From the human T2T-CHM13v2.0 reference genome, Homo sapiens, in NCBI RefSeq assembly GCF_009914755.1, contig NC_060929.1: a stretch of DNA of 64,000 nt; one strand, given 5' to 3'. The stretch's first letter is position 1. Each line of letters opens with the position of its first letter. This document shows, one piece after another, positions 1 to 20,140 of the stretch. The notes under the pieces were generated by a model, which was not told where the DNA came from, searched no databases, and was given only the letters and a program-made list of their open reading frames with translations. The position numbers were made by a program, and so were the translations under genes.

Positions 1-149
1 GAGGCATTGTGCCATTCCTAGGCCAGCTGAGGGACGTGGACAGTATGAGGGCTCAAGCATGATGATATTTCCAACAGGCCTTCTTGTACATGCAGGGCAG
101 GCCAGGGCCCATTGCCAGCACCTGAGAGGAGCTGTGATGCAGCTCATGA

Positions 150-884
<735 letters not shown>

Positions 885-1134
885 GAAAAGCACTTTTTTT
901 TTTCTGTCTCCTTCAGTGATGAAGCTTTGGGGCTGTACAGTCTCCTGTCATCCCCAGCAGGGAGCTCAGAGTCAAGCCCAAAGTGTCTGTGTGCACTCGT
1001 GGCTTCCAGAGATCAGCTTGAAGCCAGGAGTTACTTTGTTAGCAAAGTTTAGATGTAACTGGGAGGAAATTGCTCTCCAGTTCGCTGGCATATTCCCCAT
1101 ATGTAGTTAATGAAGGGACCGTCAGTCTCTATTC

Positions 1135-1320
1135 AGGAGCTGGGAGACTTGGATTCTAGTGCCAGCTCTGCCCTTATGGTCAGAAAACTTTGAGGAAGTT
1201 GCTTAAATGCTGAATTTCAGATTTCTCACCTGGAAAATGAGACATGAGAGAACTAACTCCTTCCTGCTTCCCAGGCTGAGGAGGAGCAAAAGGGATTTCA
1301 TATGTCAAAGCCCTTTTTGA
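1135..1320 (+). mobile_element. MIR relic
   Basis: Degenerate MIR core (ttggattctagtgccagctctgcc...tttctcacctggaaaatgag). Confidence 0.55.
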
Positions 1321-1463
1321 AATGGATCATCATTAACTGCGTCATAACTGCCCAGGATTGAATATTGTTTTTAAAGACAATGGTAGAATGTACGCCACTC
1401 CTAAATAAAATGCTTCGTAATCATGTTAGCATTTAGAATGTCAGGAACAAAACAGTGCTTGTA

Positions 1464-1777
<314 letters not shown>

Positions 1778-2119
1778 TTAAAAGCTGGAAACAACCACAG
1801 GTTTGGCTGTCTTCAGCCATAGGGTGTCTTGGCTTTACATGAGCTCTTTGTGGGTAGTGATTGTATCTCTACATTTTCTCGTGTTTTTGAATCCACACTA
1901 CCTGGTGTGTAGGAGATGCTTCACGAGATGCTGAAGCCTCAGCACCTGTGAGGAAGGAGGCCTTGGAGAGGAAATGGGACTGGGCACTCCAGGTATGCAC
2001 TGTGGCTGCGTCTTTCCCCAAACACACTCTGTCCTTCCAGTCCCTATACAGGCTGGGCCTTGGCCTAGATTGCCTTTACAATAAATGCCTTTTTTTTTTT
2101 TTTCATATGTTACATCCTG

Positions 2120-2533
<414 letters not shown>

Positions 2534-2619
2534 CATCCTGCTGATTCTTCCAAGTCCACCTTGAATACTGTGTCTTCAGAGAAACATTTTGGTCTGCCCG
2601 TTCCTGGGTGCCCCCGGCT

Positions 2620-3000
2620 CAGGGCTGCTGAGGAGATCTAGATTTTGGGGGCTGCCAAAACCTCAGTCATCAAAGTCAATGATATTTTGATGCCACATTT
2701 CAAAAAATAAAAATTAATGCCAGAAAATCTAGGTTGAACTGAATATTTATGTTTGAAATCAAGACAGAATCTGACCTCACACTTGTACAGCTCAGTTTCA
2801 CTTACTTCAGTGTAATCCCAGTCCTGTTCTCAAATCCAGTTTTTATTGAAAATATTGACAGTTTGTTCATCATGCATTTTTGTACTAACTTGGATTTTGT
2901 CAAAAGCTGCATTGAAATATGAGTCGTCCTGAAGACTGAGTTTTCTGATGCTCCTGAAATTTTGTGCTCAAGGCCCTCTCAGCTCCCTTCTTGGTGCACA
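2620..3000. mobile_element. MER96B-like palindromic hAT DNA transposon
   Basis: Arms ~2645-2750 and ~2850-2955 are degenerate reverse complements; centre aagacagaatctgacctcacacttgtac resembles MER96B. Confidence 0.7.
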
Positions 3001-3519
3001 CCACCTTAGGGGCTGGTTTATTTACAGGGCGTCCTTCCGCTGCACCATGAACCCCCAGGCAGGGGCAGCCTCTTTTTATTTGGGTGTAATAAAGATCTGA
3101 TTGGGTCTCCTTGGTCAGCCTTTGTTCTCACCTGCCTTCTATCTTGAGAGCAGAATGTAGCACTTCCATGGTTCCTACCCAGTTCAACTTCAGAAGCCTT
3201 TGGGGAAGGGTGTCTGTTTTTCTGAAGACATGGCGAGGGAGACAGAGGTGCATAACGTCTTCAAAATTCTACCTTAGGCATCTTTTGATTCTCTTCCCCA
3301 AAGTTCTCCTCTTTTGCCAGCTGTCTTATCTTTTTTTCACCCTTCTCTATTTCCATAGCCTCTTTAAGACTTCCAGCATTCCAGTGCCCCCCTCAGCTTG
3401 TACACCCACTGAGCAAAACAAATGCCCCACCACTATTACTCCTTAAGATTTCCTCGAGCATTGGTGGTGATGGGAATAGTGAGAGAAAGGTCCCAGTTAA
3501 TCATACAGCGTGTGGATGG

Positions 3520-3592
3520 GATGTAACATCTGCACCTAGAGGGGTTCAATCAGTGACTGATGAATGAATGAATGAGTGAGCGAATGAATGAA
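3520..3592 (+). mobile_element. L2 3' end with (GAAT)n tail
   Basis: ttcaatcagtgactgatgaatgaatgaatg. Confidence 0.5.
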
Positions 3593-3649
3593 ACAACAAA
3601 GTCTGGGTGCAGGAAAGGGGGTTTTACTATGGGAGGAGTTCTTCCACAC

Positions 3650-3948
3650 CTTTTTTTGTTTTGAGAGATAGGGTCTCACTCTGTCCCCCAGGTTGTAGTG
3701 CAGTGGCACAATCATAGCTTACTGCAGCCTCAGACTCCTGGCTCAAGCAATTCTCCTGCTTCAGCCTCTTCAGCTGGGACTACAGGCACACACCACCACA
3801 CTCAGCTAATGGTTTGTTTTTTTTGTAGAGATGGGGGTAGAGGTCTCACGCTATTGCCAGGCTGATCTCAAACTCCTGGCCTCAAGTGATCTACAAGTCT
3901 TGGCCTCCCAAAGTGTTGGGATTACGGTGTGAGCCACTGTGCCTGGCC
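3650..3948 (-). mobile_element. Alu (AluJ)
   Basis: J diagnostics atcatagcttactgcagcctc, ggctcaagc. Confidence 0.93.
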
Positions 3949-4478
3949 ACCTCTCCTTAATTGAGCTGAAAATACGCTTCACAAGAGACTTGAGGGGCTT
4001 CGGCAAGTTGCAATGGTTCTCTCCCTTGCTGTCTTTCAAAAAGGATACATTTCCCTAGAAACCTGTCCTTTGGCCACACAGTGAAGTCTCTTAACCTCAA
4101 CCCCTTTCTCCTCTTTACAATTTCCAACTCTAGGCCCTTCTCCCCTACAAGCACTGACCAATAGGGACAGCTTTAGGTACGCTGAATGAGCCTCCATCCT
4201 ATGTTGGAGAGACAGTCATCGTTCAGTTCACCTCTCAAAGGCTTTAGTGGTTCTGCTTGTTCATCTGAAGGTTCCAGGGTCATTGCAGCCTCCTTGAATC
4301 CCAGGCCACAGAGTTCTGAGTTTCCACTGCCAGAGACTTCAGAACAGGACGGGATGTTACAATTTAATTGTGCTCATAGGGGCATAACTCGCCTGGGGGC
4401 CAGCCTGCTCTCAGCCTGAGAAAGGCCAGAGAAACTGGTCCTTTATTAAGTATAATATGGGCCTTATGCCTGTTTTCA

Positions 4479-4837
<359 letters not shown>

Positions 4838-5230
4838 TCAGAAAGAACATAAAGAAGATTTAAAAATCACCTGGAATCTTGCCCCTGGAGATAACCACTT
4901 ACTGTTGACATGTCCTCATGTTCTCTTTTAGACTTTCTTCTGTGTCTCTTTGCAGAAAATAGTGATTTCCAAAGTGAGGAGGAGCCCACTGCCCAATCTG
5001 TTCCTCTGGCCCTGAACCAGCAGGGCAGGGGCAGAGGACATTGGCACGAAGCCCCTCCAGCTGCTCCATGGTACCAGGAGACCTCTGAGATTACTGTGCT
5101 CAATAATACAACCTCCCTTCAAGCCAAGAAGCCACGAGACCTTTGGGTCTGGTTGGGATGCCCTGGCAGTGGCTGAGCGCCTCTGGGCTGCAGTCCAGAA
5201 AGCAAGTCTCTACCTCCTTCCTTATTTCTT

Positions 5231-5550
<320 letters not shown>

Positions 5551-5660
5551 CCTTCCTTATTTCTTAGATTGAATCTCACCCAGCAGGAGCTGCCTGAGTG
5601 CATTGTGAATACGAATTTTACTAGGTTCTGCCTCTGTTCTGGCAATATTGAAAAAGAGAA

Positions 5661-6200
<540 letters not shown>

Positions 6201-6800
6201 AGAGCCACCTGGTTTGTGACCCCATCCGTCTTCCCTGCTGTGGTTTGTGGCAGGGCTGGAATGGCAGGCAGAGGATGTGTCTTTGCCTAGAGTATTTTCT
6301 ATTCCCTCAGCAGTGGAGAAGATCTGACCCTGGCCATGAACCTGCTTTGGGGTTTGGTATTGTTGTGCGTGGACAAGGCTGCTAGTTTTCCTCCATTTGT
6401 TAAACAGATATTTGTAATACGCTGCAAGCCCTGAGCTGCCATTAGGGATAGGGAGTCTAGTATTTGTGAAGACCCTGTCTTCACTGATTTTATATTCTGG
6501 TAGGGAAGAAAGACACGTACCCAACCCGTCCCGTTCATTGTGGTAAGTGCAGTGGTGCAGGGTACTGGGGCAGGGAAAAAGAGGAGCATCTAAATCAGAA
6601 AAATCTCAAGAAGGTGGTGGGCGAGGGGTGGGCTAAGGAATGGCTTCCCAGAGGAAGGAATTTTTGAGCTGAATGTTGAAGGCAGAGGCACGAAGCAGCA
6701 CAGACTGTTCAGGAAAGTACCTGTGGTTCATTATGGCTAAAATTGAGGCTAGGAGTGAGAGGCAAAGACATGGTCTGGGGAGCTCAGAAGTGCCAGATTA

Positions 6801-7238
<438 letters not shown>

Positions 7239-8093
7239 CTCTATTTTATTTAAAAAGAAAAGAAGAAAGGAGGTTGGGAGATTTAACTAAAGAGTCTGAA
7301 TGCCATCCTGAAAGCTTGGGGAACCCTTGAAGAATCTTAAGGATCAGCTCTGTGAGTTAGAAGGACCACACTTTGGCTTCAAGAGTGGAAGCCAGCCTGG
7401 AGTGGGACAGATGGAGACAGGAGTCTGTTGCAGTGCACAGGTGATTTGGCTCGAATGAGAGCCAGGCAGAGGCCGTGGGAATGGATTGGGGGACACGAGA
7501 TGTGAGAGAGATTGGGAGGAGGACACCATATGATGAGAAGGCAAGTTAGGCCTAGAGGGAGTAGAAGAGGAAGAAAGCCAAGATGATAATGCCTGATTTC
7601 GGGGCCAGGAGTGTATGGTGGGGCCTTTCAGGAGGCAGGAGGGAGGAGAGACAGAGGTGGAGGCTGAGGAGGAGGTGGGGTGAGGAAAGGGCTGGCCAGC
7701 AGTTGGTGGAGGATGAGCTTGGGATGCGTGTGTTAAAGAGATGATTTCCAGTGGTTGATGAGGAGTTGGAGGTCTTTGCTTTCATCCCCTCTCCCTTTGT
7801 TCCCTTCCTATATCCCTGCTTCCTTTCTCCTCCACCTATGTCCTGCTTAGGTGGCCCCTGTCTCATCCTTGTGTGCAGTTTGTTCAGGCCAGGGTTGCCG
7901 CATTCCCTGCAAGGCCCTGCCTGCTAAGATCCCCAACATCCCTGTGAAAGAAAGTCTTATAGCCTTTCCCTTTTGCAGATACAGAAACTGAGGCATGGAA
8001 AAATGTTAAGCTGTTTGATAATAGTTTCCCAGTGAGGGAAGGGTGAAGCCATTACATGGCTGAGGAGGAAAAGGGAAGAAGGATAGGACATTT

Positions 8094-8207
8094 TAAGGTG
8101 ACCAGCTCATCCTAGTTTGTCAGGACTGCCATGGCATTAGCATAGGAGGGTCCCACATCCCAGGAAACCTTTCAGACCTGGGTAGACCAGGAGACTTGGT
8201 GACCTTA
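8094..8207. mobile_element. MER81 MITE (hAT-Blackjack)
   Basis: 114 bp with termini TAAGGTGACCA...TGGTGACCTTA; internal match to remembered MER81. Confidence 0.8.
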
Positions 8208-8542
8208 GCTTGGGAGGGGAAAAAGAAGGGAGTTCTTCCGAATGTCAGGAGCTAGACGTCTCTGAAAGTGGGCTCCCATCTCCTGGGGGGCTGTCTTCTT
8301 CCCAGTCCCTCTGTCCATAGGACACAGTCATCAGCTGAAGGACAGGCTGCCTCTGGCTGTGCCCAAGGGGGGACAGGTGTGCTTCCAGTGCTGGAGCCAC
8401 TTGCCGTCTGACACCTGAGTCTCCATTCTCCAGGGTTGAGCTGTTGTACAGACCCAGTGCTGAGCACACAGCGGATCCTCCATGAATATTTGTTCCATGG
8501 CTAAAATCTGAATTTTATATGGAAAGGGGGCAGGCCTGGAAA

Positions 8543-8840
8543 ATATATATATATATTTTTTTGAGGCAGAGTCTCGCTCTATTACCCAGGCTGGGGTGCA
8601 GTAGCGCAGTCTCAGCCCACTGCAACCTCCACCTCCTGGGTTCAAGTTGTCCTCCCACCTCAGCCCCCTAAATAGCCGGGCTTCCATGCGTGTGCCACCA
8701 TGCCCAGCTAATTTTTTTGTATTTTTTGTAAAGACATGCCATGTTGCCCGCGCTGGTCTTGAACTCCTGAACTCAATTGATCTACCCACCTCAGCCTCCC
8801 AAAGTGCTCGGATTACAGGTGTGAGCCACTGCGCCTGGCT
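8543..8840 (-). mobile_element. Alu (AluJb-like)
   Basis: Diverged antisense Alu with (AT)n/T tail. Confidence 0.92.
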
Positions 8841-9529
8841 GAGAAGTCCTTTTTCCTGACCTATTCAATGGGAGACGTCTAGCTATACACACAGGTGTCT
8901 TTTTGCTCACTATCCCTTCCACATCCTAAAGCCTTCTTCCTGTCTTATTTAGAAAACCCACTGCCTGTTCTAATCCACTACCTCTAATCTCCCGAAGCCC
9001 CACACTGTGCATGGGGCGACCGGTCCCCGAGGCAGCTTTGATGCCACACATTTGCATCTGGGAACGCAACTCTGGTTTTCTCTCACATTCGGAAACCATG
9101 GGGATAATGAGCAGATGTTTCCCTAATAACGAGAAGATGTGCAGGCGCCGACACACGAGAATAGTTTCCAGTCCGTAAGTTAATTAGCAAGCTGGGGAGC
9201 CCAGATAAATAGAGCTTTCTGTTTCCTTTCCTGGAGTCTAAAATATCTGATCTGGAGGTTCCCTCCCTGCTTTCCCCTCCACCTCAGACATCAGGATTTG
9301 AGGGGAAACAATTAAATGCCTGATAATCTGTGTGCATGGAACTGGCTTCTAAGCAGCCACATGGCCTGTGTTCCTGAAGAAACTGCCGCTTATAGATACA
9401 CAGTCAGTTCTCAGTGATTTGCTGGCTGTCTCTCTATCCCCAACATCCCCAACCCTGGCTCATTTGTTCTTCATATTTACTTTCTCATGGGCTCATGGCA
9501 GCACTCTTGGGAGTAGAGAGGGGGTGAGA

Positions 9530-9740
9530 GTTATGGAGTTTTATGTGCCAAGCCCTTTGTTAGTGGCATTTTTTTTCTTTGTCTCATATAATCTTTAAGC
9601 CATCCCATGAGGGAGGCATCATTGTTTTCCTTTGCTGTGCAGATGGCAAAACTAAGTCTTAGACAAGTTAAACTACTATAGCTGTTAAGCGGTGAAAGAG
9701 ATTTAAAGCTGGGTTTGACATAGCAGGGCTCAAGTTCCCT
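9530..9740 (-). mobile_element. MIR
   Basis: gcagatggcaaaactaagtcttagacaagttaa...gctgttaagcggtgaa. Confidence 0.6.
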
Positions 9741-10562
9741 ACCTTCGGCCTTGGACCTGAGAGTTCAACCAGTCCGATTCTCCCTTTATTTTAAAGGTGC
9801 CCATACAGTTCCCAAGGACATGCATTGACGATGATGGATCTAAGGGCAGAAGTCGGCCTTCCAGACCTCAGGTTCCACTTTGCCCACTCTGCGGTTCCTT
9901 CCCCCTACCCTGCCTTTAAAAAGTCTGCCCTACTGATCTTCTCTCTTTTCTTTGCAAAATGGTTAAGAATAGGAAAGGTTAGTGTTTTCAAGCAGGTTAA
10001 ACAGTCTCTAGAAGTCGGAGAGATAGGCCAAGATTATCTCGAAATTTCTTCCAGCCAGAAGACCCAGTGTTTCTTTGTAAAACATATAATACTCAGCATT
10101 TGAGACTCAGAGTCGAATGAGTGTGTTCCCTGGTTGATAGTGTGTTTACTGACTACCAGTGGCTGTTGCTAACAGTCCTTTGAAACAAGAGACATGTGTT
10201 TTTAATAGAATTGCAAGTTTTATGCCTTGTTAAAAATACTGCCATGGCTGCTGGCTGGGGGAATCAGGGAGCTATGAATTCCATCTTCAGTCTGCCGGGG
10301 CAGGGGAGAGGGCCTGACTGAGGATGGCCTCTGCCCTCACATTTGCTTTCCTTCCTGTGGCCCTCCCTGTTTGTTCTTGGGAATGACCACTGGTCACCAG
10401 CTGGTCTTCTCAGCTCCACTCATACATAGAAGAGCACTGGGCTTCATGCTCTCTGAATGGGAAGAACAAAGCACTTGTTTTTATTTTCAGAGAAGCTTTT
10501 GCCTTAATTGTAAAGAGCGGCCATTAGATTTTGTGGAAAGCCTGAATTACAGAGTGCTTTAG

Positions 10563-11000
10563 GGAAACCAACCCAAATGCCCATTGATGGTAGACTGGAT
10601 AAAGAAAATGTGGCACATATACACCATAGAATACTATGCAGCCATAAAAAAGAATGAGTTCATGCCCTTGGCAGGGACATGGATGAAGCTGGAAACCATC
10701 ATTCTCAGCAAGCTAACACAGGAACAGAAAACCAAACACCGCATGTTCTCACTAATAAGTGGGAGTTAAACAATGAGAACACATGGACACAGGGAGGGGA
10801 ACATCACACACCGGGACCTGTCGGGGGGTCGGGGGGAAGGGGAGGGAGAGCATTAGGACAAATACCTAACGCATGCGGGGCTTAAACCTAGATGACGGGT
10901 TGATGGGTGCAGCAAACCCATGGCACATGCATGCCGATGTAATAAACCTGCACGTTCTGCACATGTATCCCAGAACTTTAATTAAAAAAAGAAAAAGAAA
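10563..11000 (+). mobile_element. L1PA (about PA7/PA8) 3' end: ORF2 C-terminus, 3' UTR, A tail
   Basis: ORF 10584-10769 WIKKMWHIYTIEYYAAIKKNEF...KHRMFSLISGS is the L1 ORF2p terminus; G-rich UTR. Confidence 0.95.
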
Positions 11001-11254
11001 TGTGTCCCTCTGACTTAAGGGAATACTTTCTGCATGCTAGGACCTGGGGTAAAAGCCAGACCCCAAGCAGGATAACTGGTCATTCTCACATTGCCCAATG
11101 CAGCGCCTGTCCCCAAAGTGATGCCTAGAGGTCCTTATTTGACTTCAGCTTTCAACACAGTATGTGTTCTTTTTTCCTGATTGTAAAAGAAATCACTGTA
11201 TAAACATAAAGTAAATTTTCATAAATAATTTTACCCCCATAGATACTGCTCAAT

Positions 11255-11281
11255 TTCTTTCCTTTTTCTCTCTCTCTCTCC

Positions 11282-11312
<31 letters not shown>

Positions 11313-11385
11313 CTCTCTCTCTCTTTCTTTCCTTTCTTTCCTTCCTTCCCTTCCTTCCCTTCCTTCTTTCCTTCCTTTCTTTCTT
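11255..11385. repeat. CT/CTTT/CCTT low-complexity tract (expanded Alu tail)
   Basis: ~130 nt pure pyrimidine. Confidence 0.9.
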
Positions 11386-11660
<275 letters not shown>

Positions 11661-12204
11661 AATACTGTTCATTTCTAAGACATTTCTTCTAAATCTTTTT
11701 CTCCTGTGTGTATGTATATATGTAAATAGAATGTCTATAACACTGGAATCATAGTCTACATTTCATATACTGCCTTTCCCACAACAAACAGCACACTGTG
11801 TGTACCTTCTCATTTCAGTAAGGACCCTTCAAAATGTGTTTCTTTAAAATAATAAGTGCATCCATCCAGTGGACACGCCACAGTTGACTTAACTAGTGCT
11901 CTTTTCATCAAATATTTTGACTGCAGATTTTTCCTATTATAGAAAATACTGTAATATTCTTGCCCTTTGCTCTGAATTACATGAAATGTTTCTTTTGTTG
12001 GAACTATCATTGCCTTTTTCCCCATGCTAAATGATGAATGTGTTCTAGCAATGGAAATCAAATTCCCTTTTACATGCAGAACTCCCCTCACCTAAATTAA
12101 GAAAACTGGTATTGTTTGGCAAAGAGGGCCAGATCTTAAAAATAAAATAGAGAGTAAGAATCAAAGAATGCACATTACTTCGGCTCTTACAGAAACCTGG
12201 ATTA

Positions 12205-12594
<390 letters not shown>

Positions 12595-13084
12595 TTACCG
12601 TCTACTCCCAAGGAAGCCTGATACACACACGGGACAGAATTAGAGAATAATTTATGAAAGACGATAACAGGGTGTCAACATGCTGGATGAATTTGTACTA
12701 AGAAGATAGAAAACGAAGAGAAAATCCTTGCATTTTCTGGTGCCATTAAAGACTCCTAGAAAGAGATAGAATTTGAGGTTGGTCTTAAATATCTAGGATT
12801 TAAAAAGACAGAAAACTACCTTGTATTGAGCTCCTACAATGTGCTTGGTATTTTATACATATCATCTAATTTATTTCTTACAGTAACTCCATCTAATTAT
12901 TGTTAAAGGCAATTAGACCCTTACAAAAAATATACAGTACCATAAGTTATAGATTTGTATAATAAAATAAGATTGGAAATACTGTCAAATACAATATGAC
13001 TGAAATAGACACAGGACAATAAATATTTTAGAAATGGAAGAAATCAGGGCAAAGAGAAAGTATGAACAAGAAGAATAGGATAGG

Positions 13085-13532
<448 letters not shown>

Positions 13533-13903
13533 GGTGGCCAAGATGTTGGCTGTATGGTCCTGTGTACATTGCTAGTGGCCAGATGTAGTTTTGACTCTGA
13601 GCTTCCTTGTAGACAAAGCACATGGAGTAATAGGTTCAGCAAAGACCTCAGTTTACGAATAAGGAACAGGTTTAGCAGGCAGTGGGGACAGGTTTTGGCC
13701 AGGTTACATCTGGGAGAGATGGGGATCTATTGAAGGGGGCAGGACTGGTATGGGCAGTAGGGGCTGGTGTGCAGGGGAGGCGGAGAAGCACAGTTCAGCA
13801 GGTAGGCATGTGGTGAGTGGGGAGGAGCCTCTTGACTGGGGCCAGGAGCACGGTGAGCAGCTACCAGAGAGAGCCTGGGCAGAGTTATTTAAAAGCAAAA
13901 GCA

Positions 13904-14924
<1,021 letters not shown>

Positions 14925-14981
14925 GTCTGTATAGAAAGATAGAGCCACACCCACGTGGAGCTACTGCAAAAGTGAACTTGC

Positions 14982-15362
<381 letters not shown>

Positions 15363-15952
15363 TGATAGTAACAGCAGCTCCCGGGCCCTCATTCTCAAGA
15401 GATACGTAATAATACTAGGTTGGGGGAGGCAGGAAGGGCATACCCATGTAGTTGAACCAATCAAGTCCAGTCTCTTCAATTTTGGTCTGGCGTTTTTCAC
15501 TGTATCTTTTGCAGCCTATTTATCTAAGTCCCTGGCCCTTTGTGGCCCTTCCCTGCCCGCCTCTGAGCACATATATGACTCACCCACAATTATAAATTAA
15601 AATTGGACATCACGGGAATAGATGGTGGGGGGACAGCAGTGGTCACTGCATACCCCTCATTTACAGCATCTGGTCCCAACCATAAATGGCCCATGGGAAA
15701 CCAGTGTCCTAGAAGAGGGGCCACGTGGCAGGAGCCTGGCCGTTTGTTTTTCTTTAGCTGTCTTCTGGGCTTAAATTATGCTTATTCTTTTTCAACTGAC
15801 TTCTGTAGCCCCCAAAGCTCTTTCTTTCTTTTTTCACTTTGCATCCACTGAAGATCCTCCAAAGGTCTCAGAGTTATTTCAAGGAGAAATTGATGCTTCT
15901 GTTTTGTCCTAAGAGGAAATGCTATTTCTGAAAATCATGATTTATTTGTAAA

Positions 15953-16058
15953 GTTGGGCCACCATGTACATTATGCACTGACCAATTCAGGGAAGTAAAA
16001 TTCACCCAGTCTACATCATGAATGGAGCCCTCTAGAATTGTGCAACACGATGGTCTGA
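15953..16058. mobile_element. MER91-like hAT MITE
   Basis: gggccaccatgtaca...attcac...tgaatggagcccctctagaattgtgcaa. Confidence 0.55.
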
Positions 16059-16204
16059 GACTAGACTTTCACATGGTATTGGGCCAAAGTCAATTTGGGG
16101 TCACCTTCAGCTCAGAACTAACTGTGTGCTTTTCTGATAACCCATTAAGGGAAGCCCAGTATGTTGTCTTTTCTTTGCAACTTGGATCTTGATGGCCTGG
16201 GTAG

Positions 16205-16528
<324 letters not shown>

Positions 16529-16561
16529 TTCAGCAGTTATTTTTAAAGATTATAATAATAA

Positions 16562-16846
16562 GGCCAGTTGCTGTGGCTTAGCACTTTGGGAGGCTGAGGC
16601 AGGAGGATTGCTTGAGCTCAGGAGTTCAAGACCAGCTTGGGCAATGAAATGAGACCCCCATCTCTACAGAAAAGCAAAAAATCAGCTGGGCATGGTGGTG
16701 CATGCCTGTGATCCCAGCTACATGGAGGCTGAGGCAGGAGGATAGTTTGAGCCCAGGAGGTCAAGGCTACAGTGAGCCTTATGGCACTGCACTGCAGCCT
16801 GGGTGACAGACTAAGACCCTGTCTCAGGAAAAAAAATAAAATAAAA
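16562..16846 (+). mobile_element. Alu (AluJ)
   Basis: gaggtcaaggctacagtgag; deletion near 5' end. Confidence 0.92.
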
Positions 16847-17012
16847 GGTGAGAGAAAAGGTGAGAGCTAGGGTTTGTCCTGGGCCAATTTTCTCTTCAGC
16901 ACAACTTAAATGATAGGGAAATGTGGGTTCAAAAGAAGCACCTCCCCCGACAACTCTAGGGCTTTGCCTTTACCAAGCTTCCTTCAGTATCTTTTCCAAG
17001 GCCATTAAGTCA

Positions 17013-17645
<633 letters not shown>

Positions 17646-17754
17646 TTACACTAGTGAATGATGTGGAGGTAAGTTTAAGTAAATTAGTGCAGGTTTGTGG
17701 TATTAAATAAAGTTTCAATAAATCAGCGTCATTATTAGTGCAAAATCCATGCGG

Positions 17755-18290
<536 letters not shown>

Positions 18291-18939
18291 AACGTACATG
18301 TTGTAAAAAGAAAAAAGACACACACAAAAAAGTATATGTTGCAACAATTTCCATTCACGCCTTGTGACAGTAACTGTTGTTTGAGGACCTCTTCCCAGCT
18401 GCCGAGTCTCTCTGGGATGCCTCCAAGCCTTAGCATTCAAGCTGGGGTCAGACAGCTAAAGGCATTTCTAGACACCAGGGTCCACGCCAGATGTTCATCA
18501 TGGATGGATATTGGTCAAGGGATCTGGACTGCCCTTTTTCCTAAGACAAAACCAGCAAGGCTCATTCCTAATGGCTTTGCACCAGAATTTGCAGTCCAAC
18601 CTAATTAAAGGGCAGAGGGTCCATGTGCACACTACTAAACCAGAACATGTACTGTGCCCCGAGCTACTGTGTGTATGTGTGACAGGGGATGGGAAGGAAA
18701 GTTAAAAACAGAGGAAAGGGTCTCTTTGCTCTTGCCTAGGGTGAGCTTTTCAGTGAACTCCTGCATAAAGACCCCAAAGCATAAGCAAGTCTATGCTTGA
18801 CTGCACATGTGGCTTAAGCCAAGGGGACTTTAAAGGACACGCACAAGCTGGAGCGTGTGCAAAAGAAGCATTTCCCTGGAGCTGTCAGTGCAGAGAGGTG
18901 GAGGGAGGTAGCAGTCACTCCTGAACTGTGACTCAGGGT

Positions 18940-19060
18940 GGGTGTTTGCTGCAGTCTCCACCCACTTCCTCTGTGACCCTGAACTAGCCACGCTTCATCG
19001 ACAAGCCTCAGTTTCCTCATCTATAAAATGAGCCAGATGGAACCTGTGAAGTGTAGGGCC
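18940..19060 (+). mobile_element. MIR core
   Basis: ctgtgaccctgaac...agcctcagtttcctcatctataaaatg. Confidence 0.7.
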
Positions 19061-19519
19061 ATGGCAAACTTCAGCAGGACAAGCCCCTCCCCGATCCACG
19101 ATTGCCCGTGGCTGGAGCAGGGCGAGGGTTATCTGCAGCAGGCCTGCAGGCTTGTCTTTGTAAATCTGAACCAGTCACTGGCTGCAGCTCTCGAAGTCAC
19201 CAGCCTCAGAAGGAGGGGGAGTTTGCCCTTTGTATTCCTTAAAAATAGAATAACAAATAGACAACACTTGGAATCTTTGAGTCTGGAAGTCAGTAATTAA
19301 CTTGAGTTCTTGAGAAATTGTACATGTCAGCTTAAAGGAGGGAAATTGGTGGTGAGCTGAGGCCCAGGCTGTGGGTGATCAGAAGTGTGGCGTCTTGGTC
19401 CAGGATGCAGGTCCCTGATTCGGGTTGGACGTGGTAAGGCCAGGGCACTTATAGGGATCAGGGTAAGAACCCAGAGCCCTGAGGAGCACTTGTAGTTGCC
19501 TTGGAGTGGGTCCCGTGAA

Positions 19520-20140
19520 CAGATCATCCTGGTTATCTGTTGCTGCAGTAGAACCCATGCCAAACTCAGCGGCTGAAGAGAACAGTTATTTTATTGCTTA
19601 TGATTATTTGGGCCAGGAATTTGGGGAGAATTTGGTGGGGCAGTTCCCTGCCTCACACGGCGTTGACTCGGATTCAGCTCATGTCTGGGCTGGTCGAGAA
19701 GCCCTAGGAATGTTTTGCTCTTGGGTCAGAGACCTTGGCAATGAAGAGCTGGACGACTGGGTTCAGCTGGGGCACTGGGATGGCTGGGCCTGCCTCTCTC
19801 TCTCTCTCTCTCTCTCTCTCCCCCTCTCTCCCTCTCCCTATAGTCACAGGGCCTCTCCTTTTCCATCCAGTCTCTCCAGGTGGTCTCTTGAGTGGGGTCA
19901 CTAGATTTCTTACATGGCAGCTCATGGCTCCCCAGAGAGAGTAAGCAAAGCTGCTAATTCTTCTAAAGGTTAGGACCCACATGGCACGGTGCATTTTTGC
20001 CATATTCCATTGGCCGAGCAGTCACAGAGCAGCTCGGATTGAAAGGAGTGGAGGAATACACTTTACCTCTCAACAGGGAAGTGACGTGTGCACAGAAAAG
20101 CGCAGGAATTGAAGGCAGCTGTCTTCAGGGGTAAAGCTGG
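19520..20140 (-). mobile_element. MLT1 (G/H-type) MaLR LTR with (CT)n
   Basis: ggttatctgttgctgc...ttcttacatggcagctc...ccatattccattggcc. Confidence 0.7.

Noticed and set aside
8250-8884. Perfect 13-bp inverted repeat AGCTAGACGTCTC / GAGACGTCTAGCT as transposon ends
   Set aside because: No TSD or internal transposon similarity; about one such pair within 1 kb is expected by chance in 64 kb.
10584-10769. Open L1 ORF2 peptide as a functional gene
   Set aside because: Only the last ~60 codons of a truncated L1.
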